64,000 nt of DNA from an uncultured Nitrososphaerales archaeon (GCA_963713605.1 CAVQMO010000001.1:448001-512000), one strand, 5' to 3'. Positions 11,575-24,137 are shown, numbered from the stretch's first letter. Program-made: numbers and translations. The notes: a model not told the origin generated them from the sequence alone.

Positions 11575-12780
11575 ATGTTTGAGGGGAGGCGAATCCAGTT
11601 TGAGTTTAGAAACGTCATCTGAGCCAGTGGTTGTATACGGACTCAGTACCTGAAGGTTACAAAATTGCCTCCGCAATTGCGGTTAGAGGACATAAGGTGT
11701 CCCTGATCGACGAATCCGCACGAATGGCAATAATGCTCAAACCTGAGATAATTAAAACATATCCTACTGTAAGCTCCCTTCTAGAAGACGAACCATTGCT
11801 TGAGCTCCAGCCCGTGGATGTTGCCATCAAAATGGCATCGTATGTATTCTTTTGCCCAAAGGTTCGGAAGACCGGTCAGGATGTAAGGGCTGACATATCA
11901 TCAAAACTAAGAGAAGTCGTAAGGTCCATAGGTCAAGGGACTTCAATTGTGTTTACTCTCCCAACTGGGGTGGGGGGCAACACCGAGAACATTGCATTAA
12001 TTGAGCACTTGACAGGGTTTGTGGTAGGAACAGACATTTATTACTATTACATGCCGATTACATCTCTTTCTGAACTAAGCCAACCAGACCTTCTGGTCGG
12101 ATCATCATCAACTAACAGGAAGGATCCCAATTTGTTGGAACTTATCCAGGATCTGCCCGAGAAAGAGGATTCAAATATTGTTGATATCTATTCAGACTGA
12201 ACTTGCCCACGTTATTAGAATTTTGGAACGTTATACCGGCTTAGCTAGCACCTTAGAGGTATGCAAGCAAACACGTTCGTCAGGATTTCCCTCTCAAGTA
12301 CTTCAGAACAAATATGGCGATTTGTATATCGATGAAATTTCCAATGGATTATATGATCTTCGCATCGTCGCCTCATCCCTTTCAGGAGCAGGTCCTTTGG
12401 CTTATTTGGTGAATGGTACCATAAAAGGAATTGAGGGATACGTTAAGCATTTGATAGACAGACTTCGATTAGTTTTAAAGATGGCTGAACTAAAGGCAAG
12501 TAGGACAAGGGTAATAATTGCTTGGGCCCTTGACCAGAATGAAATGAAAGGAGACAAGATTGAATTATTCTCCACAATGGAGTCGAGATTAAAGGACTAT
12601 ATTGGCGACGTGGAACGAAGACCCGGTACTTCACTAGATATCTATCCAACAGATAAGAACACGGTGGTCATAGCTTGTTCAAAAGATGACTTTGGTGCCG
12701 TTTCGAAAACGAATCGGCATAATCTAGATATGATAATCATGAAGGCAAATCCAGTGTGCGAAGCTATTGTCAATGAGTAG
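11575..12780 (+). CDS. Conserved protein resembling a divergent nucleotide-sugar dehydrogenase (frameshifted; start approximate)
   Basis: Reconstructed VVVYGLSTEGYKIA Rossmann-like start; ORFs 11631-12200 and 12178-12780 join. Confidence 0.55.
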
Positions 12781-13021
12781 AAACACTCTGGTTGGGGTGG
12801 CCAGGCGCATGACCACAGCCATAATTTGTACACGGTTAAATAAGTCTAGTGCAGCAGACAGAATTTGAAAGTTTGGAAGATAAACGACATCAAACCCGTG
12901 TTTGGGATGTAAACTTGTCAATTGGGAGCAAAGAAAAGAAGGACCAGTATCTTGGACACGACCAACCCCAGTATTGGCCATCCAACACATTGGCTGTTCA
13001 TCTTAGCTCTTATCACTTATC

Positions 13022-13396
13022 TCAAGTATTTTTTCGATTTATATGCCAGGGGGCACCATGATCAAGTATCTTGCTAGGTATCTTGGTTTCCCATTCCAGT
13101 AAGAATTGAAGATCTTTTTCCCTTTCTCGAAGTTCATCAGGTAGCATGATAGGGATCTCATCTATTATGGGGAAGAACCTCGAACAACGACTGCAAAAAA
13201 GTACACCCTCCTTGACTATGACGTTATCATACGTGGTATCATTGTCAGTTTGTTCTTCCAGCATTTCTCTATTTTCGCTTTGTTTATCTGAAGAAGATTC
13301 ATTGGCCAGATGTACATTGATTTCAAAAAGCTCAAGAGGGCTATGCTTGTCAATAGGGCAAGCCAAAATTTCAAGTAGTGATTTTCTCATAACCAC
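13022..13396 (-). CDS. Trm112 family protein
   Basis: LLEILACPIDK...GVLFCSRCSRFFPIIDEIPIMLPDE. Confidence 0.9.
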   Translation of the reverse strand: MVMRKSLLEILACPIDKHSPLELFEINVHLANESSSDKQSENREMLEEQTDNDTTYDNVIVKEGVLFCSRCSRFFPIIDEIPIMLPDELREREKDLQFLLEWETKIPSKILDHGAPWHINRKNT

Positions 13397-14374
13397 CTAC
13401 CTCTCTTTAAAGTCCAAATATATCGGCGAACCAGTATTACTGGATAGTATTGCAGATTCGGCCACTTTGGTTACACGTGTTGCCTCAATCGATGATACAA
13501 GTGTATCAGTGACATTATGAGTTCCGGCTACACCATCAAGGAAAGAGGTTATCTCTACAGACAAAGGTTCTTTGAATTCCCTTCTTGGTATCGTAGTCGC
13601 GTCCATATCATCTATCCTGATTTCTTGACTAATAAAATCCCCAGTTATAATTCCATCAGTGCAGACGGCACTAAACCTTCGCACTCTTTTAGGTGTGATC
13701 CAGTTCGATGCAATAATAGCCACTCTTTGATCTTCGAAACCCAGCATGATAGTGGCAAAGTCTTCGAAGGCATGAAATTTTTTTCCCGTCCGAGCAAAAA
13801 CTACGATCGGTTTACTATTAAAAAGATACATTGCAGTATCTATGTCATGAACTGACGTATCGTAAATTATTCCAACGTCAGTGATGTGCACTGGCATCCT
13901 ATTTTCTCTGTGGAACTCCATCATTAAAGGTTCACCATACTTCTTGCTCTGGATTATCCTTTTGACATCTTGAACGACAGGATTATATCTTTCTATGTAT
14001 CCTGCAGTCAAGATTATTTCCTTATTTCGTGCCAAATCAACAAGATCATTACATTCCTTCGAAGAGAACGATAATGGTTTCTCAACAAAGAGATGTATCC
14101 CCCTATCGATTATTCTACTTGCGAGCTGATAATGACTCCTAGTTGGGGTGCATATGAAGCATGCATCTAGATTTGACTCCTTTTGTAACATTTGATCAAG
14201 TGATGTGTAGCAATTCGCATTGTACTTTTCTGATATCTCGGTGCCACGATTGACATCCATGTCGCAAACAGCTCTTAAAGCTCCGAGATTGTTCAAGACT
14301 CGTGCATGATTTTTTCCCCAGCCTCCCACGCCTATAACAGCTACTTGGAGACCCGCATACTCTGAGGCTACCAT
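13397..14374 (-). CDS. Gfo/Idh/MocA family oxidoreductase
   Basis: IGVGGWGKNH, VEKP, DTSVHDID. Confidence 0.92.
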   Translation of the reverse strand: MVASEYAGLQVAVIGVGGWGKNHARVLNNLGALRAVCDMDVNRGTEISEKYNANCYTSLDQMLQKESNLDACFICTPTRSHYQLASRIIDRGIHLFVEKPLSFSSKECNDLVDLARNKEIILTAGYIERYNPVVQDVKRIIQSKKYGEPLMMEFHRENRMPVHITDVGIIYDTSVHDIDTAMYLFNSKPIVVFARTGKKFHAFEDFATIMLGFEDQRVAIIASNWITPKRVRRFSAVCTDGIITGDFISQEIRIDDMDATTIPRREFKEPLSVEITSFLDGVAGTHNVTDTLVSSIEATRVTKVAESAILSSNTGSPIYLDFKER

Positions 14375-15297
14375 ACACTAGTTAGCCAACTCGAAAATCT
14401 AGGTTCTTCTGCCATAACTATCCTGGAGTATGTTTGTCGAATTCGCCTGGTAATTTGTCCTTCCCTGCCTCCACCAACAGGATGTCCATCAACACTTAGG
14501 ATTCCAACTATTTCAGCCGCAGTTCCAGTCAAAAATAGTTCATCGGCCATATAGAGTTCAGTCCTTGAGATGGGCCTTTCAACTATACTATACCCTAAAT
14601 TGGCTGCAATTTCAAAGGCAGTATTTCGTGTAATTCCTTCAAGGGCAGAATTTCCTATGTAAGGTGTATAGATTGAGTGATTTCTCACAAGAAAGATATT
14701 TTCTCCAGGGGCCTCGCTAATGTTACCCTCATGGTCAAGCATAATAGATTCGTCAAATCCATGTCTTTTACTCTCTTGAGTAGCGAGAACAGAATTAAGA
14801 TAGTTGCCAGACGCTTTTGCCATTGGAGGAATAGAGGTATCATTTATCCTTCGCCACGACGATACGCCCGCTTTAATCCCTTCCTCATTAAAGTATCTCG
14901 CAAATGGAAATACAATTATTGCGCAATAGGTTGGAGAATCCAACGTCACATTCAAATCGATGCCGTGTAGGCCGACGAAATTTAGAGGTCTAATGTAACA
15001 TGATTCAAAAATATTGTTCTTTCTCAGTAACTCCACAGTAGCGTCACAAAGTTCCTTGGCTGAGTAATTTACATTGATGCGATATACTTGGGCGGATCGG
15101 TGAAGTCTTTCCATATGCTCAGCAAGTCTGAATACATACAGCCTGTTGTCCTTCGACGAATAAGCACGAATTCCCTCAAAAATTGCAGTTCCATAGTGCA
15201 GTGCGTGTGTAAAGATAGGTACTTTGGCATCTTCCCACTTTACAAATTTTCCGTCCAGCCAAATGAATTCTGCGCCTTTCGTTTTCATCCAACGCAA
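14368..15297 (-). CDS. ilvE: Branched-chain amino acid aminotransferase
   Basis: HALHYGTAIFEGIRAY, AKASGNY, LEGITR, FLTGTAAE. Confidence 0.96.
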   Translation of the reverse strand: MRWMKTKGAEFIWLDGKFVKWEDAKVPIFTHALHYGTAIFEGIRAYSSKDNRLYVFRLAEHMERLHRSAQVYRINVNYSAKELCDATVELLRKNNIFESCYIRPLNFVGLHGIDLNVTLDSPTYCAIIVFPFARYFNEEGIKAGVSSWRRINDTSIPPMAKASGNYLNSVLATQESKRHGFDESIMLDHEGNISEAPGENIFLVRNHSIYTPYIGNSALEGITRNTAFEIAANLGYSIVERPISRTELYMADELFLTGTAAEIVGILSVDGHPVGGGREGQITRRIRQTYSRIVMAEEPRFSSWLTSVW

Positions 15298-15324
15298 CGT
15301 CTCCCTGTCTAATATAAATATGTT

Positions 15325-15957
15325 CTATGGAGATAGAAGTCCTTCCTGGGGGAATTTCATCCCGAATAGTCTTACTGTCATATCACCAGCGTCAGCAAAC
15401 TGTTCGACTGTAGCCCAATTTTTATGGATGATCTCTACTACTTGAGGAGGTACATAGTTATGCCAAGGCTCTCTGCCGTTACTTTCCCTTCCTGGCTGGC
15501 TGCCTGCATCCCGATATAAAAGTTCTCGTACAAACGTACCAGAAATTTCTAACCTCTTACCTAACATAGGTCTTAAACCGTATATTTTCAGCATCCAGGA
15601 TTCCGCTCTATCGCCAGTGTAAGAGAAAAATTCATTTTCAACAATGCTTTCCAAAATCTCCTTTCTCATGGTCCAAGAGGACGGAGAGAGAAGTGGAGGT
15701 AAATATCTCAAAAATGGAGCACGAAACGTATACGCTGAAACTATCTTCACTGAATCCCCAAATAACTCCTCTACCATGGACTTTCTAGTTTCAAAACTGA
15801 AAGGAAAGCTCCTGGTGTTTAATTCTCGCCTTTTGTTCACAAACCTGACTGGAAATAAATATACTTGATAATCCTTACTTAAGCGGGATATTATGTCAGA
15901 ATGTGATTTTGTTACAGGGTTTAGGTGAGCAAGATAAATCGCAGCATTCTTTGCCAA
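15325..15957 (-). CDS. Nucleotidyltransferase (HxGH-like) superfamily protein
   Basis: IYLAHLNPVTKSH, ISGTFVRE, WHNYVPPQV resemble the NMNAT/CoaD fold. Confidence 0.6.
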   Translation of the reverse strand: MAKNAAIYLAHLNPVTKSHSDIISRLSKDYQVYLFPVRFVNKRRELNTRSFPFSFETRKSMVEELFGDSVKIVSAYTFRAPFLRYLPPLLSPSSWTMRKEILESIVENEFFSYTGDRAESWMLKIYGLRPMLGKRLEISGTFVRELLYRDAGSQPGRESNGREPWHNYVPPQVVEIIHKNWATVEQFADAGDMTVRLFGMKFPQEGLLSP

Positions 15958-16002
15958 AGTATTCGAGCATGCTGAAAATAAGCAACAAAAATAGCGGAGA
16001 GA

Positions 16003-16323
16003 TTAAGAGGCTCTGTTTACTTCAATCTCTATTGTTGACACGTTTCTAGTTCTCCCGTCCTCCGAGTGTACGGTCTCAGATCCAATTCTTACTTCGCCTA
16101 TTGTATATCCCGCGTTTTCCATTCTCTTTAGAATGATTTGCGATACATCAACTGCTCTTCCTATGCTTAATCCCCTAGCCTTGATGGTTACTTTTGGCTG
16201 GTTAGCCAATTGTATGAGAGTTGAGGTTACATATGCCATTAACGGCTTCTTCCCGATATATATCGCGTCCCTAGGTCCTTCCTTATACACTTGTTGATTC
16301 TGTTGTGGTTGTGTGTCAGACAT
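16003..16323 (-). CDS. albA: DNA/RNA-binding protein Alba
   Basis: IYIGKKPLMAYV, IKARGLSIGRAVDV, NVSTIEI. Confidence 0.95.
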   Translation of the reverse strand: MSDTQPQQNQQVYKEGPRDAIYIGKKPLMAYVTSTLIQLANQPKVTIKARGLSIGRAVDVSQIILKRMENAGYTIGEVRIGSETVHSEDGRTRNVSTIEIEVNRAS

Positions 16324-16472
16324 CAAATGTGATACACATAAGAGGATATTTAAATCTAGAACTTGCCAAGCAAGTTGGTCACGGTTAAGTCTAGTTTTGT
16401 AGTCAGCGTCGCAGTTCAAGTACTGGTAGGATTGTTATCATTTTTCGTTTCTAGACTTAGTCCTCCAAAATA

Positions 16473-16546
16473 TGGGGTCGGCCGGATTCGAACCGGCGAA
16501 CTCCAGCGCCCGAGGCTGGCATCATACCATGCTAGACAACGACCCC
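16473..16546 (-). tRNA. tRNA-Pro(CGG)
   Basis: GGGGTCG/CGACCCC acceptor stem; CCAGC-CT-CGG-GC-GCTGG; GTTCGAATC. Confidence 0.95.
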
Positions 16547-16834
16547 AAAAACCCGGTTAATATGAACTAATTAGGTTTTGATATTTATCTATTGGTCGGG
16601 ATCGTATCTCGCATCATAGTTTTAGGAGTCTGGTCTAGTCTAGACTAAGCTGAGATAGGGAGTCAGCCAGTGATAAATTAAAATCTTCTCCTGAATTCAT
16701 AGAATATCAGTCGATCATTGATCTGTTGGAGAGAATTAATTGATCCTCGACGTGTATCAGTTGGAAGGGATATTAACCTACATAATTCACAAAAACTGAG
16801 CTTCACCAACGAAAAGGGATTTTCTAGGGCGCAA

Positions 16835-16909
16835 CGGATCCGGAGGGCTTCGATCCCTCGATCTGCGGTTCCGAAGACCGCTGCGATATCCTGACTACGC
16901 TACGGACCC
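16835..16909 (-). tRNA. tRNA-Arg(TCG)
   Basis: GGGTCCG/CGGATCC acceptor stem; GCGGT-CT-TCG-GA-ACCGC; T arm GAGGG-ATCGAAG-CCCTC. Confidence 0.93.
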
Positions 16910-17059
16910 TTGTAATGGTTAGTGATCAGAAGGTTAAATAAAAAGTATGAATACTTTCATATTCCGAGCTCGTCGATAGGACGATCATCCGCCATCGAAG
17001 ATAACTCTTTATTGACAAATAACATTTTATTTTGGTCAATTTACAGTTACAATGGTAGC

Positions 17060-18245
17060 TTGAAGGTTTCATTGCGGACCAGCGGTGTGGAATATGCGAT
17101 CAGAGACATTATGCTGCGGGCTAGGGAATATGAAAAGAAAGGCAATGAATTGATCTACCTCAACATAGGAGATCCAGTGAAATTTGGGTTTAAGACACCA
17201 GTCCATATCAAGAAAGCCTTAATCGAAGCCGTGATGAACGACAATAACTACTATGCCGAATCTGAAGGTGTTCTCGAGTTAAGACAGGCGATCGTCGAGA
17301 AGGAACGTTCGAAAGGCTTTTACACAAAAGAAGAGGATGTTTTAGTAACAAATGGTGTTTCAGAGGGCCTTGATATGGTACTTGCATCAATCGTTGACTC
17401 CAACTCCGAAGTCCTGATGCCTGGACCGTATTATCCTCCATATTCTTCGTATACTAGATTCTATGGCGGAATTCCAGTTGAATTTAGAATATTTCCAGAT
17501 GGAACTCCCGATATTGATGATCTTGTTTCGAGGATCACTCCTAGAAGCATAGCCATTTGCATCATAAGTCCAAATAATCCCACTGGAGAGGTGTTTGATG
17601 CGAAGAGCCTTAAGAAGCTGAATTGATGTAGCAGCAGAACATAATCTTTATTTTATTTGTGATGAAATATATGACAAGATTGTCTTCGAAGAGTCATTTA
17701 CTGGTATAGGGAAAGTTGCATCAGACGTTCCGGTAGTGCTACTTAATGGCTTTTCAAAAGCATACTTGATGACTGGTTGGAGATGTGGGTATGTTTGTAT
17801 GAACAGCAATACTGAGAAGCTCAATGAGTTACGAGAAAATCTTCCGAAGCTGGCAAGAGTAAGAATATCTTCCAACCTGCCGGTCCAGATGGCAGCAGTG
17901 GAGGCTTTGCGCGGACCTCAAGATCACATTCGCGTAATGGTTGAACAATTGCGTAGAAGACGTGATTTCATTGTGAAGCGATTGAATGCTATCGAAGGTA
18001 TTTCATGTCCTTCTCCGAGGGGGGCGTTCTATGTATTTCCCAAGCTTGATCTGGCCCCCAGGTGGATGGATGATAAGAGTTTCGTTTTGGATTTCCTAAG
18101 TAAAACCGGTGTTATCAGTGTCTATGGGTCAGGATTTGGCAATGCTTACGGGTCGAATCATTTTAGGCTGGTATATCTTCCGCCCGAAGAGGTGCTTGAC
18201 AAGGCCATGGATAGACTTGAGGGATTTGTGTCCTCTTCTAACTAA
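17060..18245 (+). CDS. Class I/II PLP aminotransferase (alanine aminotransferase-like), frameshift near 17620
   Basis: LNIGDP, SPNNPTG, DEIY, GFSKAYLMTGWRCG. Confidence 0.9.
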
Positions 18246-18414
18246 ATTGTATGTGCAGTCAAGCCAATTAGCCTGATCGCGTAAAAAAGTTCTTGATGTT
18301 TTTTGTCATTGGATTTCACGCTCACACGATGCTTGTTTACAATCGAACATGCAACTCGAGGGAAATGAAATTTTTTATCTCCCTAGCATTACATTGAAGA
18401 TGAACTTAAAGTTT

Positions 18415-19684
18415 TCAGACCTTTATTACCTCTCCTGCCTCGGGCGCGTGGGCTTTGAAACCGTATTTCTCTTGAATCTCACGAGCGAATTCAGTACATG
18501 ACTTTCCATCACCATGTACAGTAAGGACCTCTGGAGATCCTTTAACTGAATTCAAAATTTCAAACAATTCGGGTCTGCTATTGTGACCAGAAAATTCAAA
18601 TTGCCTAACGGCTGCTTGGCATTTAGTCATTTTACCCTGATAACTTGAAACCCCCTTTTCCAACAACATTCGTCCAGGAGTCCCTTCTCCTTGATATGAT
18701 ACAAGAGCAATTCCATTTTTATCGCTCTTGCACAGCTCCTGCATATAATGCACAGCTCGATCCACCCACCAACATTCCTGCTGGTGAAATGATAACGCAC
18801 GGTTCATTCACAACTCTCTTCCTCCGATTCCAACCTTTTATCCATTCAGCTCGGGTTATAGCCTCCTTGAAGGTATTTGGATCCCTCAAAAATGTTGGAT
18901 GTTTCAGCATTATCTCGTTGGCCTTCAGAGCCATCCCGTCCATGACCACCTTGTGAGGAAAATTGTGTGCTTGTAGAACACACGCAATTTCTTGAGCTCG
19001 TTCTACTGAGAAGGCTGGGATAAAAACTGTCCCCCCATCATGTATGATTCCATTTGCGAAGTCCAAGAGCTCGCGCTCTGATTCTTCTCTTGGGGTCTGG
19101 TCAGACTGAGAGTAAGTACTTTCGATAATCATGAGATCAATTTCACCTATGTTAAGGTCTGCAGGCCTCAACAATTTCGAGCCTCTCGTGTTTATATCAC
19201 CAGTATAAAAAATTCTCTTGTTTTCATGTGATATCGTTATAGTTGCTCCGCCTAAAACATGTCCTGATTCGAATAGACTGATCTGCACACCATCCATAAT
19301 GTATGGTTCACGATAGCGTAATTCTCTAGAATGGTTTTTCATATTCAATACATCCAAATATTCAAAGGGGAGGTAGAATCCTGAAATCTTTATCATATCT
19401 TCTATTAAGAGGTAAGACAGGTCAAAGGTTGGGGCAGTGCCAAGTGCCTGGAGTCCTACAACATCAGATAGAAATAAGGAAGGCACAAAACCAGAATGGT
19501 CCAAGTGCGCATGAGTCAGTATTACTGCATCAATATCTTTTGGCTTCACATGGAGGGGGAAAGCTGGTTCTCGATCTCTTTTAAGGAGAACCCCATAATC
19601 CATTAGGATTTTCTTGTGTCCTACATCAACCAGAAAACCTGATCTTCCTACCTCTTTTGCTGCACCCAGAACTGTTACTTTCAA
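18415..19684 (-). CDS. MBL-fold beta-CASP ribonuclease (frameshift near 18740)
   Basis: EVGRSG, THAHLDHSG, GHVLG, ESTYS, FSGH, VHGD. Confidence 0.92.
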
Positions 19685-19764
19685 CTGGCTTAGTTTCGGC
19701 AGATAGAATTTTTAAGTCTTTCATTTTGAAAGATACGTTTTGCCAAAAAAAACTTCATGCAAAA

Positions 19765-20626
19765 CTAACTATATCTAATTTCCCAAAGTTTTTCACGCGA
19801 GCCATCACCCAATGTGGATAACTCTTGATGAAATCCAAAACCGCACTCATCTAGGACATCTTCGTAATCATATGTTTCATTCAAGTCAGATCGTTCTTTC
19901 TTGACAGCTATGGCTAAATTACGTCTAATTTTTTCTGAAATGCCCTTATCGCTGCTGTAGATATACCACAGATTGTGAGCACCTCTTAAGCTGGTCAGTC
20001 TTTCTAATCCTTTATTTGAAATTCGTGTGTAGTGCCTATTCATTATCTCTATGTTTACATCTTCCCAAGAAGGAGATCTCCACCATGCTACCAGTTCGAA
20101 GCCGTGGGCCTGGTACTCGGCACTTAAACTCAAGCCTTGGTCCAACGTGGTAACTATTACCTGTGTATGTTTTGAAATTTCGTCGCGGAAGTCTGTGCCT
20201 GGTTCCATCCAGCCTATGAAGACAATATCAAAATCGTGATCCAATCCCCATTTTGGATCCCAGATCTTGATGTACGATGGAACATGCCTCCCCATACAAT
20301 AGAAGATCCTTGGATCTAATTCCATACCTAGCGCGTCTGGGATATAGTTCCTTATCTTCATCAGGAATTCACCGTAGCCACATCCGACGTCCAAATATGA
20401 GGGAGCCTGCGGAAGCTGTCTTTGCAATTGTAACAAGCCGTTTTACATCAATCTTGCGATAGACGAAAAAAGTCCCGCTAAAAAATGGAAAGCTAAATCT
20501 CTCATGGTACGGGGAAACAGCCCGTGATCTGAAATACGATAATGATTGCATCGCATTAAGAATCTGTTCTTCGCTGTAGGGCACGATGAGCACCTCCCGC
20601 AGATTAAAATTATCCAGAGATATCAA
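19765..20626 (-). CDS. Putative class I SAM-dependent methyltransferase (frameshifted)
   Basis: YLDVGCGYG motif I; upstream ORF 20369-20626 probably the N-terminus. Confidence 0.65.
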
Positions 20627-20743
20627 TATTAAGGTTAACTTATTGATCCCAGAACTATACCTTATAGATCGGGAAGACCTAGATAATTTTTAATGTGCAA
20701 CGCAAGATGTTAATAAGGCATTTGAGATTTGCCACCTATCTAC

Positions 20744-21797
20744 ATGGATCTAGAAGAACGTCTCAGTCTAGTTACCCGAGAGCCTACAGAGGAGATCGTA
20801 ACGAAGGATGAACTATCTAAACTATTTCTTAATGTCTCTGTCCCCAAGCATTACATTGGCTTAGAAATTTCAGGATTATTACATCTTGGGAGCCTCATAC
20901 TGACGGGATTCAAGATAAATGACTTTATGAGAGCAGGCGTCGACTGTACCCTCTTTCTGGCCGATTGGCATACATATATCAATAACAAGCTTGGAGGGGA
21001 CTGGGGTAAGATAAACCATCTCTCCGAGTACTGATTCTGAGGCGTTCAAGCTCGTTTGTCCGGGCTTGAATATAGTATTGGGGAGCAAAATGTATCGAGA
21101 AAGAGGTTACGAATATTGGAATGACCTAATCTTATTTGGTAAGCACCTGACGCTTGCGAGGACTATGAGGTCACTCACGATCATGGGAAGGACCAAAAAA
21201 GACAGCCTAGACTTTTCCCAATTGCTTTACCCATCTATGCAGTCGATTGACATACGGTCACTAGGATCAGACATTGTTCACGCAGGAATGGATCAAAGAA
21301 AGATACACATGTTAGCTAGGGAAATCTTTCCGAAATTGGGATGGAAAATTCCTGTTGCGGTTCACCATCATTTACTTCCAGGATTGTCTGAACCTAGCCA
21401 GCCAGAAATACCTGGTTCACCGATTGGGAACAGGAAGCTCGGAAGCAAGATGAGCAAGAGCAACCCAGGTGGTAGCATACTTGTCCATGACGACGTTGAA
21501 ACCATCAACCGCAAGATTGGCTTGGCATACTGTCCTGCCGGGGTTTCTACGAATAATCCAGTACTAGAGTTAGTTCGGTACATTATTTTTCATGATTTTT
21601 CTGAATTCGAAGTAGAAAGGACATCCAAATATGGGGGCACGATATCTTACAACAGTTACTCGCAACTAGAACATGATTTCGAGAACAGTCATCTTCACCC
21701 GGCTGATCTTAAGCGTGCTGTTTCCATCTACTTAAATAAAATAGTAGATCCGGTGAGACAGCACTTCAAGGGACGAGCGCCGAAATTGGACAATTAG
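20744..21797 (+). CDS. tyrS: Tyrosine--tRNA ligase (frameshift near 21032)
   Basis: YIGLEISGLLHLG, LYPSMQSID, GMDQRKIH, KMSKS. Confidence 0.95.
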
Positions 21798-21850
21798 TCA
21801 TTTCGTCAGTACTGTCAAAAAGTCAACCATCACTACGGTTGGATGTGCAA

Positions 21851-22657
21851 TTATGAATTCAGTGGAGTATCATGGACCAACTCATATTTTGATTTGTACC
21901 CTCTTGGGTTTATCATAAGATCGCGATATGTGAAGGTTGAAGTATTCCCTACGATGACTGTAGTTATCATGCCCATAATTTGCTGATGTTCTGGTTCAAG
22001 CAATCTTTGCAAATCAGTAATTACAACGGTTTGGCTCTCTCGATAGGCACCTCTTATTATGGCTACTGGAGTCTCCTGACTTCTGTATTTTAAGAATATT
22101 TCTCGGGTGTCTCTTAACTGGTGAACCCTCCTTTTACTAGTCGGATTATAAATGACCGTCACAAAGTCTCCTCTCGCTGCGGCTTCTACTCTTTTTACTA
22201 TAATTTCCCAAGGGACAAGTAGGTCACTCATACTAACTACCGCAAAGTCAGTCATTAAGGGAGAGCCAACTAACGCCGCACAGGAATTCAGAGAGGAAAC
22301 TCCGGGTACGCATTCTACATAGATTCCACTATCACGCTCCCAGTTTCGCTCGGCGAGAATTTCATAGACGAGGCCTATCATGCCATAAATTCCAGGATCA
22401 CCTGAAGATACAAGGGACACTTTCTTACCTCCTTCAGCTGTCCTAATTGCCTGATTAGCACGATCAACCTCTTGGGTCATTGGATATCTGTGAATCTCCT
22501 TCCCGACAACTAGATCCTCTATCAAGGTGATATAAGTGTCATAACCGATTATAACATCGCTTGCTGTGATGACTTCTTTCGCACGATAGGTCATTTGGTT
22601 ATGATCTCCAGGACCTATCCCTACGACGAACAGTTGGCCTCTTACCATGTTCAACAT
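21851..22657 (-). CDS. cobJ: Precorrin-3B C17-methyltransferase
   Basis: VVGIGPG, VSSGDPGIYG, SMSDLLVPW, PRGY. Confidence 0.93.
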   Translation of the reverse strand: MLNMVRGQLFVVGIGPGDHNQMTYRAKEVITASDVIIGYDTYITLIEDLVVGKEIHRYPMTQEVDRANQAIRTAEGGKKVSLVSSGDPGIYGMIGLVYEILAERNWERDSGIYVECVPGVSSLNSCAALVGSPLMTDFAVVSMSDLLVPWEIIVKRVEAAARGDFVTVIYNPTSKRRVHQLRDTREIFLKYRSQETPVAIIRGAYRESQTVVITDLQRLLEPEHQQIMGMITTVIVGNTSTFTYRDLMINPRGYKSKYELVHDTPLNS

Positions 22658-22723
22658 CTAATCATCATATTAATTTATCCTTTGCTCGAAGAGCACCAAA
22701 AAAAGGAAGCAAATGTAGTGGTA

Positions 22724-24137
22724 TCAGGAATTGTTGAGCTCGAATTCTCCATGAATTGTTCTTACCACTTCCACACAATCGCTGTCATTCACTACGAAAG
22801 CAAGATTCAATTCGGAAGATCCTTGTGTTATCATAATTACGTTGATATTCTTATTGCCAACAGCGCCAAATACCCTTGCTGCCACCCCCTTAATACCTCG
22901 CATTCCTGAACCTACGACTGCAATGACTGCAACGTCTTCTTTCACATCAATTTTCTTAATCACTCTACCAAGCAATGACAATTCCAAAGTGCTTGTTGCC
23001 TTATGAAGCACTTCTTTCTTAACAACCATTGAAATACTCGATTCAGACGGGCTCTGGGAAATCATCATGATGTTTACTTTATTTTTAGCCAGGGTATCGA
23101 AGATTCTTCCAGCAGTCCCTGGCGCACCAACCATTCCAACCCCACTTACATCTATCAAGGCGGTGTGTCGAATAGAACTTATTGCTTTGACTATTTTGTG
23201 GGAATCCTTACTCGGATTATTAACTACTAATGTGCCGTCGTCATCTATCTTCATGAAATTTCTAATCCTCATTGGGATGTTGGACTCGATAGCAGGCTCT
23301 AACGCTCTTGGATGCATGTATTTGGCGCCAAACAGTGCCATTTCTAATGCTTCCGCAAATGACGCTTCGCGAATAACTCTTGCATCGCTGACAATTTTCG
23401 GATCAGCTGTCATTAATCCATCTACGTCACTCCACAACCATACCTCGTCTGCTTTGGAACCTGCGCCTATTATCGTTGCCGAGTAATCGGAGCCTCCTCT
23501 ACCGATGGTAGTTATGTTACCAAACTGGTCGGCCCCAATGAAACCAGTGATAACAGGGATTATTTTTTTAGCTAGCAATGGTTTCAGCTTGTGAGAGACC
23601 TTCAGCTTGGTAGTATCCATCAAGGGGAGTGCTTCCCCAAAATTGGAATCAGTCACTATGCCTGCATCATTGCCCACAAGAAATTCTGAACTTCCTCCAA
23701 TATCCCTAATCGCGACGGACACAATAAATGTTGAAAGCCTCTCCCCGAATGACAGCAAATAATCGAGCATCTTTGGAGTGACTTCTCTCATCGGCAACAT
23801 TCCATGAAGAACATTTTTAACAAGTTCAACAAGCTCACTTACAATATTATTTGCCTCTTTCTTATTCAGCTTCATCAAAAATACTCAAGTCTATAAGGGA
23901 TAGGTGTACTCGTTCCAGACGGTCGATAAACTGGTCCACACTTGTTTTATCTCCTCTTCTTACACTTTCTGCCACTGCTAGTATTTCATCAGTCATACCT
24001 TTAACAGCAGAGGTAACCAAAATAACATCAAATCCCATCTTCTGTTGATAATTCAGCGCCAAATTTGATACTTGTCTTATTCGTTCACCTGACTCGACCG
24101 CTGTTCCTCCAAATTTCATCACAACTAGCATGTCCAA
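22724..24137 (-). CDS. lysC: Aspartate kinase with two ACT domains (frameshift near 23870)
   Basis: MKFGGT, GRGGSDYSA, DVDGLMTADP, ACT repeats. Confidence 0.94.

Noticed and set aside
12780..13010. Possible small Cys-rich membrane protein on the - strand
   Set aside because: Needs several assumed indels and shows no recognisable family
16637..16648. Perfect 12-bp palindrome TAGTCTAGACTA between two tRNA genes
   Set aside because: A palindrome of this length is expected by chance in 64 kb; no supporting copies
21020..21070. TGA in tyrS as selenocysteine or read-through recoding
   Set aside because: Read-through hits another TGA two codons later; removing one base restores YYSEAFKLVCPG, so it is an indel
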